From contig JAAOMT010000760.1 of the NCBI GenBank assembly GCA_016748015.1, positions 634,216 through 698,215 of the forward strand: 64,000 nt of DNA, read 5' to 3'. The stretch is from Geosiphon pyriformis uo1. Taxonomy: Eukaryota > Fungi > Glomeromycota. The notes under the pieces are model-generated. The model was given only the letters and a program-made list of their open reading frames with translations, ran no database searches and was not told the origin of the DNA. Position 1 is the first letter of the stretch, and each line of letters opens with the position of its first letter. Both the position numbers and the translations under genes were made by a program. Below are positions 41,612-52,475 of the stretch, one piece after another.

Positions 41612-43035
41612 TTAAATCATTGATTTTCGTGCCCATATCCGAAACACTTTGTAATAAGTTTTGTACAGATTGGTTTCTGTACGTATAGATTCAAGTTTTG
41701 CAAAATATTCTGTTGGGGAAATTCCCATAATGGATGGTAAAACAGCGATCAACCCTGATAATCCAAGGATTAGATCCTCAAGCATCTAAGGAAAATTTTT
41801 GTTACTAAAAATTAAGTTGCCCAGGTTGAAATAAAATTTATAAATAAAAGCGGCATTCTTACCAATTCCCCAATTTTCCCGGCCCAACTACCAAGATGGA
41901 TATCTTTAGTTTTTGAATGGAAATCATATAGATTATGACCAATTGATAGATATTTTTGAACGGATTCAGCACTATATTGACCAATTCCATTTCGCTTGAA
42001 GTATTGAAACACTGGAAAAACAAAAGTTTAAAGAATAAACCTCCATTGACATAAAAAAAAATGCATAGTGGGAGAGAGCATCGTCTACATACTTGCATCC
42101 CTGAATTCTGAAAGGATGGGCCCAGCATTGTAGATTTCAAATTTATGGTTATCTTTTCACAAAATATCGATTTAAAATAAATGAAGACAATATTATCTCA
42201 AAAAGGTCTATTACTTGATCTAATTTTTAGTTTTGCTTCCACGAACCTTCGATCTCAAACCACCCATTAGGTTTGATGACTCGAACTATCTCAGCCAATG
42301 CGGTTTGAGACCATTCTCGTTCTTTGATTGAATCGAAAAGAAAACGCTGATGCACAAAGTCAAATGTATCAGCTGGGAATGGGATTCCATGAAGTATATT
42401 TGATATTAGAAAATGGGCGTTTTCAGGTTTTCGATCTTTATCTGGGAATGTCGGACTTATGTCTATACCAATTGTTGATGATAATGGATATTTTTTGCTA
42501 TTATCCTATTTAAGAGAAATAAGAATATTAATAAAAATATTTTTATTAACTTGAAAATGTTCATCAATGAAAAGATGTTTTTTACCAGGACCCAAATACC
42601 AGTGCCAGTACTATGTTGAAAAATCATGTAAAAATGTATTAGCTATTTTTCCACCTGTAGAAACCACCATATCACTTACCCAATATCCAAAATTGCCGTC
42701 GAAATATTTTCCATTTTCTTTTGAATAGGTGCCGAAAATTTTCCACCCCATATAAGCTTCAAGAAATAATGCTGATTATATTTCCTTGCAGCCTCTATTT
42801 GATCATTCGGCGAACTCGTCACAATAGTCTCATCACCAGCCAGATATCGTCTCCCATTTACAAAAACAAATTGATCAAACGTATTTTCTTCTCGTGCTGC
42901 TTCTAATGGGTCAAGCGAAGAAGAGGTACTTAGAGAATCAATTGAACATGTTTCATAATTATCTGTGTTAAAAACGTTTACAAAGTTAGTTGGGGGCATT
43001 ATTGATCTGGTTGAGAAACTTTGTAAATTTTTCAT
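41612..43035 (-). CDS. Class I SAM-dependent methyltransferase (LaeA/TAM-like), ~340 aa, 6 exons (43035-42680, 42610-42586, 42505-42247, 42152-42093, 42011-41863, 41785-41612)
   Basis: Spliced product has NGRRY, PNDQIEAAR..QHY, ILDIG|TGTGIWVL (motif I across a 25-nt exon), GIDISP, GIPFPADTFDFVHQRFL, RVIKPNGWFEIE, LGSWAGKIGE, WARK. All introns are GT-AG with matching phases. Start codon uncertain. Confidence 0.9.
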
Positions 43036-43246
43036 ACTCAAAATGAAAGTTATCTTTGGTTTATAGCAGAATTTTCTTTGGAGCTCTGTGATAAAAGTCA
43101 CGTTTCACGGGATTGTCCTTTGTTTCAATTTTCAGGGGTTTTTGTGTAGCTTCTTATCTGAAATTGGATTTTCAAAGCTTTGACCAGTTCAAATGGTTAT
43201 TCAAAAGAAACGTATTAAAATAAGGTTTTAAATAAAAATTTGAATT

Positions 43247-43273
43247 TGGGGTTGGGGTTGGGGTTGGGGTGGG
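43247..43273. repeat. (GGGGTT)n short G-rich repeat upstream of the methyltransferase; potential G-quadruplex
   Basis: GGGGTTGGGGTTGGGGTTGGGGTGGG; a similar G-tract lies at 30215-30243. Confidence 0.7.
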
Positions 43274-43899
43274 AAATGAATTTTTATTTTTGTTTGGTTT
43301 CACAAATCCAAATTTTTGAATTTTAAATTACTTTGCGGAAATATTTACTAAAAAAGAGTTCCATTGTTGAATATCTTTTAGTGAGAAGGTAGAACAAAAT
43401 TTGTTCAAAAATAACGAGTTTTTCATGATTTACTATGCTTAATCAACCACTATCTACAGGTTACAACAACACACAAACCTGGATTATGCGCTTTCTACAC
43501 GTGATTAGCCACCTTTTTCGTGAATTCAGCTTTTAAGAAAAATGAGAATCCAAAAGTTTTCATAATAAATAAAAACTAAAATTAAAAACGATTGAATTTT
43601 AAAAATAAAACAATCCTTTCTAACTATCTAAAGCTACTAATCAAAGAGAAGAAAGCAATCGGGATTTTTGAGAGCGCAATAGTCTTTTTTTTTCTAAAAT
43701 AAATCTATTAAATTTAGAACATAATTCCTCGTGGTTTTATATATTAATAGTGCTATGACTACTTTTTTTTCATTAAAATATCAGCTTTTAGAAGAATAAA
43801 ATGATGAATATTATGTTGTTGTACCTTGTCATATTTTTAATTTAACAAAAGCTTAGATTATTGATTATTCAAACCTAAAAGTAAGTTATTTAATATTAG

Positions 43900-45480
43900 T
43901 TCTAGTAAAAATTATTATTGATTATAAAATAATTATAATTTATTTTTTTCAGCGTCGCAGTTTTTTCATTGATGTTAAATAGAAAGTTTTAAAATAAGTA
44001 TTTATGCCAATTGGATTTAAAATATTATTTACAAAATTATTATATTTAATAAACCACTTAATTTAAATAAAATAACTAATTAATTTTGGTTATATATTTA
44101 AGCAATTAACCAATTTATTATGTTTTTTATGGCATTATTTAACAAAACTAATGTTAAAGCTAATAATAACTTTATTTTTTTGGAAATTCAAGTACAGAAA
44201 ATAATTTTAATAATAAAACTTTTTGTAAAATTTGTTGGTTTTTTAATAAAAAGTATAAACTTCTTTTATGCTGGCTTTGTTGTTTTAAGTAAATTTTTTT
44301 TTCTATATATTAACTTAAATAATAGCCAAAAGTTTTGTAAATTTTAATGAAATTATTATAATAAAAAAGTTTATAAGATTCATAAAACCCAAAAAAATAT
44401 TAATAATACTGTATAATTTTAAATACTATTTTGGCATAATGTAGTTTTAATATAAGTTTAATAACTATTTATATATATAAATATTAATTGGACTAAACTT
44501 AGTTAAAGAATTTAAATAAATAAATATTTGTTTATTTACAATTTAAAAAAGTTTATACATGTTAAAAAAGATTAAGAATGTTATTTTTTAAAATAATTTT
44601 TTAATAAAATAAAAATAATAAAACTACAAAACAGAAATAATGTTTTAATTAAATCTAAAAAAAACATTTGATCAATAAAGTATAAATTTATTTTAACATA
44701 AAAGAGAAAATTTATTTTGACAAGTATTTTTTTAAAAAAAATAACAATTGATATTCGAATTTCAATTTTTTTCTTTGATAATTTTTTTATTTTATTGTCA
44801 TTAAAATCTTTAAAACCAATTGGCATATCAACTGTGCTAATTTTATGTTATTAATTTTTATTTTGCAATCATAAAAAGCTATTAAACTTCATCAACAAAA
44901 TTATTATGTTTTATTTTCACATTTTTGACATAAGAATGCAACAACATATTTATTTTTATAAAGAATAACAAAAAGACACATCTGTTCTGATTAAAAAGAA
45001 TTAACTAACAATTATTTTATGCTAATATTAATGACAAAAACCAAATGGATAGTTTCAATGTTTGTTTTTTGACTTTAAGTTTTTGCCTATTCTTTACATT
45101 GGTATTTAAACATGTATGTTTTTGAATATATTGGCAAACAAAATGTTTAAAAATTTACCTGTTTTTGTTTTAAGCTTAATTATCATATATTCTGACTTGT
45201 TTAAGTTGCATCAAGTTTAGGCCTGCATTCAAAAATAACCTATAATTTTGCTAATAAATGATGACATAGACAAATGAGAGATTTTGGGAGAGATTTGATC
45301 TCTAAAACAAAAGGATTTGGAAATAGATACATGTAGTCTCTGTGGAAGGATAAATTAGATTTGGGGAAAAAAGTCTTTACATCTGAAGAGTGTAAATAGA
45401 GATGTAAATGTTGCATGTAAAATTTTCTTTATTAATAAAAAGTTTTTTTGTGTCATTAAATATCAAGGACAGCCCCAATT
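43900..45480. mobile_element. AT-rich decayed repeat/TE block (approximate bounds)
   Basis: CG-depleted, only low-complexity spurious ORFs; family not readable. Confidence 0.35.
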
Positions 45481-47024
45481 CAAATGTTTAGAAAGTTAAT
45501 CTGTCAGCTTTTATGAAAACTTTAATACCTCGCTCAAAATTACTGTACTTTATTAAATTGTATCCCTGATTTTTTAAGAGGTTGTAACTCTCTAAAAGTA
45601 TGATATTTTAATTTAATCAAATTTCGATGGGTTTAAGGATGAAAAGAGTCAAACTGAAAGTTGAGCAACTTTTTTCAAAAGTTCAATTTAAAATTTTACT
45701 AAATACTTTAATTGTTATTATTTTAAAAATTTTCAGCAAACAAATGTTATTTTTTTGAAGGCTCTAATTCTTTTATTAGTCACTAAACTTATATTCTCAA
45801 AAAATTGAATTACGCTTATAAAAAGAAATATTTTCTTGGATAAAAATTAGTCAACTATTACTGTTCTCTTATATATAAAAAACTTATTTAATTCAACATT
45901 CAATCGGAAACTCTTTTAAACTCCTTTTTTAAAGCCACAATTATTCTTTTGGTTTCTCTGCTTGACTTGACATCAAAGAAAAGATGTGAAATTTTAAGAT
46001 TCTTGCCCAAGTATTATTATATTCAAGGATTAGTAATAAAGGATTTATGTTTTGATAATTTTGAAACATTTTTTTTCGACTTTAAAAATTCAATTTTGCT
46101 TTCTAATTATTTAATATACTTTTTAAATTTCATGAAAATAATAAAGATTAATAAGGATATTGATTTGTGAAATAATGAATCTTCATAAAAATCTAAATGA
46201 TATTTACAAGCTATTTAACAAATTCAAAGATTCTAAATACGATGTAGCCTCTGAAATACAAAAATTTCTAATAATCTATTTTCTAATTTATAAAAAAGTA
46301 TTAAAGCTTCTTTTAAATCGTTTTTTAAAATGAAAATGCTCAAATTTCTAATGCAAAATAAACTTTAAATAATTCAAAATTTTGTTTCGCTTAATATTGC
46401 TCTGGGATAAAGGGCCTGAAAACAAAAATCTTAATAGTATTTCGCACTTTATTAAATTTCGGACCTTGCGAATAAAAATGATGAAAGTAGTCCAAAATCA
46501 CATTTCTTGATTTTTTTAAACAAATAATCGTTTAAAATTTATTCAGGATTATTCATTCGGACCTGCACTTTAACTATTTCATTCTTTTTTAACCAATCAT
46601 TTGTCATCATCTAAATTGCTCACGCATCAGTGATTCAATTTGATAACGATACTTACCAAATCTCAAACCGAGCTATCTGCGTGTAAGAATCAATTAAAGT
46701 AAGGCTGACATCATCCCTTCAATATAAATTTTAATAAATAGGTAAAAAACTGTTTTAAAATAACCACTTGATTTTAAATTCTGTCACTCTTTCTTTGCTA
46801 TTTCAAACTTTTTTCATTCATTAATTTACTTAAAAACTTAAAAACTTAAAAATTTTCAATCAAAACTGAAAACTGAAAACTGATTTTTTTAATAAAATAA
46901 AGGTGAGAAATTCGCCCAATTTTTCAGATTATGATATGTAGATTTAATTACATATTTCGTATTGTTTAATATAACCTTTTTTTCTTCAACAATTTATCTA
47001 CAAACTTTTTTTTTTGACTCCAAG

Positions 47025-48109
47025 ATGGAAAACGTACTTGTAAAAGATGGGCAAAATGTTGTTGAGTCGCAAGTAAATGGAGAAGTTGGTCAAATAATTC
47101 TTGATCAAAATACCGCTGAACAAGTGAGAGTTCAAATTCAAAAGGTAAAGATCATTTATAATAATATTACCTCATAAGATTATTGAATACATAAAGATAC
47201 CACTAAACTGTGTTTCATTATTAGGTTTACGACTCGCACGCTATGACGATGTTTCACGTAAAAAACTTGTCACGCTTGCTCTCTATTCCAGTAGTTATCA
47301 ATGAACACGTCTTGAATGGAGATGTACAGCTTAATGATGACGAAGGAATAAATTCTTTCAAACATGAATCAATTTCCAAGGATGAAGATAAATCATTTAG
47401 TTCAGCTGATTCGCGTGATAAAACCCAGCCCAATGCTCATGTTGCCGAAGAAGAACGGCCTAATTCACCTCCATTATCTTCAGCTAACGAAGAGCATTCC
47501 TCTTCAAGTTCCTTCGCCGCTGAGGAAGAAATAGAAGATGAAGAAACAATTGCAAAAGCTCTTCATCCAGAAAAGCATATCGCAACGCAAAAATCTCGTC
47601 GGGTCAAACGAAATAGTGAAGAGCAAAGAGACGACTTGATTGAGAATGAAGGACAACTTTCAAAAAAATCGAAAAGGGGAGGTGGTCCTGGTAATAATCG
47701 TCGAGGAGGAAGACCAAGGAAAAATATTTCTGTGGTTAGCTCAACATTGACAAGAAATACAGCAAATGGTAGTAACAGTGTTTCTCGACCTCAAATTCTT
47801 CGTCAACCGGAAACCCCTGAACACCAAAAGATGTTGGACGATTTTAGTCAATGTATGGAAAGACGTAGACAATTAGGAAACGCAGCCCAGAGAATGATTG
47901 CCGAGGAGATGACGAGTTTGGTTACTAACGATGTTGTAGTAATTTCCCAGAATGATGTTTCCATACTGAATCGAGGAGGTCTTACTGCTACCTTCAAATT
48001 CGATGCTATTAAAGCTTGGATTGCCTGGGAAAATTCAAAGATCAACACTGATGCAAATGAGCACCAAGAATCAAACACAAAAGGAGAGGCAGAACCTGAG
48101 CAGACATAA
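47025..48109 (+). CDS. Paralogue C: POU-specific-like HTH protein with AT-hook-like motif, ~334 aa; exons 47025-47144 and 47225-48109
   Basis: Exon 1 ends IILDQNTAEQVRVQIQK|GTAAAG...TTAG (80 nt, phase 0), then VYDSHAMTMFHVKNLSRLL. Acidic tract, RRGGRPRK motif. Domain PEHQKMLDDFSQCMERRRQLGNAAQRMIAEEMTSL...ISQNDVSILNRG...AIKAWIAWE. Possible 5' UTR intron 46903-47024. Confidence 0.85.
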
Positions 48110-49435
48110 GAACAGTAACCCGATGAAATTGGTGTGCTGAAAAATACTTTGGAACTGGGTTTACAGATTTCAACTTGAGAAATTTTTACAATTTGCAGGT
48201 AGTCATTTTAAGAATTTTGTTTATTGTATAGAAATATGTTTGTCCTTAGAATAGAATTCCAGCAACTTTATGATCTTTTTGAGGAATGATCTCTCAACTT
48301 TTTCAAAGAGTTTGATCGGCGTGCAGAGAGCAAGCCACGAACAATTTATTATATCAATAACAATCCTCATCCGAAAATGAGCTTTTCAGAAGAGCCTTTT
48401 GCATTCAGCTAATAAGTATAATAGTTTAAGGAAAATTAGCTGCATTAAAAAGTCTATGTAATAAATTTAAATATGCTTTTTTTATTTTGATACTTGAATA
48501 TCACAAATTTAATTTAAAATTTCGTTTATAGCTAATTTGGACTATGAATATAAAAATTGAGTTTAACCTTAATTATTTGAAAATAAATAATTTTTTTTTT
48601 AAGAATCAAAATCTAATCAAAAATTATGTTAGTTTTACATATCAACTTACTTGTACTGAGCTTTAGTGAATATCAGATTATAAGTTATTTTTCCATAATT
48701 TAACAAATCAATGAAAAAAATAAATCCTCTAAATAAGTTATGAATTAAAAAATTGAACAAATATAGGTTACTAATCAAAGAGCTGTATTTAATACATGAA
48801 AAATTTTCAACATACAAGCGGTCAATATTATTAAAATTAATCAAGAAAATGAAGAGTGTCGTAAATTAATCTTTATAATTATATTTGGGTCAAGTAAACT
48901 GGTGAGATTTAAAATTATGTCAATAGACGTAGTTAGAAATTTTATTTAGTAAATTCACTATAAGATATTATAAAGGTGCGCTCTTCAAAACGTACACTTC
49001 GTGATTTTCTATCTAGGTTTAAAGAGCAGAAAACAATTAACATGTAATCCGTGATCAGCACAATCATAAATGTCCACATTTTGCCTTTGTATGACACATT
49101 CATAGGGATTTTATTTCAGCAGCAGAATTGTCTATGCTGATGACCGCCACCTTGCATTTACGACGATCTTTCTCTCCAAAGCTTTTTGCAAGCGTTATTT
49201 GTTGGCTCTAGAACTAATGTCACATCAATAGGAGTTACAAAAGCAGTGACAAAGCTTAATATCCATTGATTAACTTTTTTGCTTTGTTTGATTAATCTGA
49301 CCAACATAACTACAAAACAATAATAGAAATTTCTATTCATCTTTGGCTTTTAGTGGCATAAAAACACAAAAAAAAAAAAGGATTTTCAAAAAGTTTTATT
49401 GAAATTTTAAAGTTTACGGCGATCCAAATACCAAC

Positions 49436-50532
49436 ATGAATTTCGATCCTGAATTAATGGTCAAGATAAGTAGAAAAGCAGCTGAGGTAGCGCGAATCTC
49501 AAATTTTTAGTTCCGTCTCAATTATTTCTGAGCTCAAAGAAGGGGTAGATACGAATATTTACATAAATAATTAATATTGAAAAGATCAGTGAAGCCTATC
49601 TAGAAGCTAATCGAGCGATGCTAAAAGCCTCTAGCGCCCTCGAGGAACTTCATGGAATGCTACCAGCTGAAATGGCAATACTTCTCCCAGAGTATCCAAA
49701 GCCCGATGATATGTTAAAATTATGCCAATCAAAAACAAGACTTTTTCATAAAATTGGAGAAATCGAAGATCCGGCAGAAAAAATTCTTCAGAATCCGATA
49801 ATTGACCAAGCAAGAGTTTCTGAAGATTCAAGGCTATCATTTGAGCCGGTTAGAGCGGTAGAAATTCCAGTCATTGAATTATTGGAATCTTCCCAAGAAC
49901 AAAAAAACTCTGTAGAAAGCTCAGCCTTTGAACGATCACAACCTTCCCAAGAGGGAAATAGGCTGGTAAAAAAACCGGCATTCAAGAAATCAAGTTTGAA
50001 TAATTTATTGCCCGTAGAAACAAAATTTTACCAAGAAATTATCTTCCCGGTTAAAACTAAGGTTGCCGAGGAGCGAAAAAAGCCATCGACTGAAATAAAA
50101 ACTTGGCAGCCGATAACTTTTAGACCAAAAATACAAGAGCTTGGCACAATATATACTCTCAAAGTTGCTGCGCACGAACATGTACGGAAACGCACCAGTG
50201 AAACCACAAATGACAAAAAGAATCCAATGAAAAAACCCAAGCAAATTCCAGAATTCACGCTTCAACAAAATTGCCTGCTCGATCAATTTGGAAAGTATTA
50301 TAAATTGCGGACATCTGACCCCAAGGTGACCGATTACGAAATTGCTGAGGAAATTACCTCATTTGGAGAAAATGTTGTCTCTATGGATCCTGGACTGGTT
50401 CAACGAATGATTCAACGATATAAGATTGCAAAAAATCCAGTGTTGCTACAGGCTCTTTGGCGATGGATTGATCGAGAAGCTGAGAGGAATGGGGACGAAC
50501 GAGTGGATTTCAAATCATTGATCTATTTGTAA
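49436..50532 (+). CDS. Paralogue D: divergent HTH-family member, ~332 aa; exons 49436-49486 and 49585-50532
   Basis: Exon 1 MNFDPELMVKISRKAAE|GTAGCG...AAAG (98 nt, phase 0), then ISEAYLEANRAMLKASSALEELHGMLP. Domain FTLQQNCLLDQFGKYYKLR...TDYEIAEEITSF...MDPGLVQRMIQR...ALWRWIDREAER. Confidence 0.85.
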
Positions 50533-51726
50533 AAATCGCAAATGGTATTTTCTGGAACTATATATAAGGATGTGAATTTGTTTAAAATATTGAAATAAGG
50601 AATTAGATATTTAGGAAATAATTGAGAGGAGTCAGAGTCGTCAATCAGTACTCTTTTTTCACTTCACAATCATGTTATGATATTTAGTTTATTTCGTTAT
50701 TTAATAATTTGCAATCACCAAAAAGATTACTTAGATATTATATATTCCAATTGAAGGCTTCGAAAATTAAAAACAGCGCAAAAATATTAACTTCCTAACT
50801 GAATTTTTGGTTTTTGATTCAAGATTTAATAGCCTGAATAGTCAAAAATGTTCTTGAACAGAATGGTAATAAAAAGTATATGAAATTATTCAAGTGTATT
50901 TTTATTTTTTAGAAAACCATTTCAATTTTAATTTAATTAGCAAGATAATTCAAAAAAATAGTACGAGAAAGTTATTGAGCCATATAAAACCATTTTTGGC
51001 GTAGAAAGACAAAAAATTAGAAATTGATAAATTTGTTTATTTAAAATAATTCAATTTTCACAAATTAATCCTTCACTTTAAAATTTCAATTATCTTAACC
51101 AATACTCAAAAAATCTAAGTTGTAACTTTTTTTATAATTTTTTCTTCAAAAATCAAGTTTTAATTTTGATCGAGGATGAAATCACTATGTTTTCACTCAA
51201 ATCAGAAATTGAATCGAATTTTTTAACATTAAATGCAGAATTTCTTTTACTGTCCGACTTGGGTGACTATGTATCGATTCAAGCAACTTGGTGGATGTCA
51301 ATTTTGACGAAAAGGTTATTCAACATGATTTTTTTGTTCCATCCCTTTAATTTCAAATACTTTTATTTCTTTTTATCAAATGATGTTTTTTAAGCTTTGA
51401 TGGTCCTAAAAACTTTGAAAACTGAAATAAAATGAATCTACCTATTTTTTATGTTCATATTCCAAATTCACAGCTACTAATGATAACTTCTAGTCTTAGC
51501 AATTAATTATATTATCAATATAGCTCAATTATTCAAAAAAATATTGTGGTCAAAATGTTTAGAAAATGTACTGAATAGAAAACAATAAGAGCAAGATTTT
51601 GAGAATAAAAATAACTTGTTCTATGATTATACTTAAAATTTCAAACTGTTCATTTCCCTGTATCGCCTTCCAATAAATGATTTTAAAAAATATCTAATCA
51701 ACCGATTTTCTCTAAAAACAAATCTT

Positions 51727-51882
51727 CCTATCCGCAGCATCCATGACAGGTTAGTCAACAAATGGCCTTGGTAAGATTGCCTTTTACAGAAATTGAATTG
51801 GATTTTTTATTCCACAATTGTAAAATATCAATAATAGGCAATATTAAGCATTGCTATGTAACACCTATTATTTCCTGCATGA
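51727..51882 (-). ncRNA. Candidate omegaRNA scaffold / right end of the Fanzor relic
   Basis: Immediately 3' of the Fanzor stop. Minus-strand hairpins GCAAT..ATTGC and nested GCCTT/AAGGC, TTTTACA/TGTAAAA, AATTG(T)GGA/TCCAATT; a GC-rich tail ends ...ATGCTGCGGATAGG before AT-rich flank. Assignment rests on position and pairing only. Confidence 0.4.
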
Positions 51883-52475
51883 TCACTGTAAGATCAAGGC
51901 TCCATTAAGCAATACCTGGAGGAAGGTCCCCCAACTCCATTTTCATCTCTATCTATCAAAATCTCACAATTCCGGCAGTTGCACACTTTAGAACCTCCGA
52001 TTCTTTGGATTTTGCCACATCGACTACAAGTCTTTGACGTTTAAGCTTCGTTCTGGATAATAACATGAGCCTTAATTCCTCGGCCTCGCCGATCAAGTGC
52101 TGTCGAAAGCGATAATGCACCGAACAAAGTATTTTTCGGACAGTTTTTCGTGTAATCTTTTCTTACCTTACCATTCACCATGTACGACACTTCAAAAGAA
52201 GGAACTACAATGGCATCGAATTTGTGGGGTAAAGAATTTCACTTTGCAGATTTATGACTTTTCGCCACATTTTATTCTTATATTTTGAAGAGTATGCTAA
52301 AATGTTTGTCAATCTTGCCTACACCTTTTGTGGGAGAGTACCATGTAAAAGGTGTACAGACGCCAGGATCAATAGAAACTGCACGAACAGAGTCACCCGA
52401 TTAGCTGTCGTATTCCCAGGCAAGCTTCCACTCGTTAATTTTGCGACAGTAAGTGAGGTTGCCATCCGACATGGC
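51883..52475 (-). pseudogene. Fanzor2 / IS607-type TnpB RNA-guided nuclease relic (5'-truncated, frameshifted)
   Basis: In order: DGNLTYCRKINEWKLAWEY; RAVSIDPGVCTPFTWYSP (DPG at 52370-52362); KMWRKVINLQSEI; FDAIVVPSFEVSYMV; ITRKTVRKILCSVHYRFRQHL; QNEA*TSKTCSRCGKIQRIGGSKVCNCRNCEILIDRDENG (DRD at 51953-51945); FLQVLLNGALILQ*. Confidence 0.9.

Noticed and set aside
43247-43273. (GGGGTT)n as an interstitial telomere
   Set aside because: Only about 4 units and not the usual fungal TTAGGG; kept as a simple repeat.
37923-50286. Minus-strand ORFs overlapping paralogues B, C and D
   Set aside because: Antisense shadows with no independent coding signal.
27103-50532. Calling the cluster true POU genes or the known HD1/HD2 MAT locus
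   Set aside because: No homeodomain (no WFxNxR-type helix 3) in or near any paralogue, so no gene symbol was assigned.
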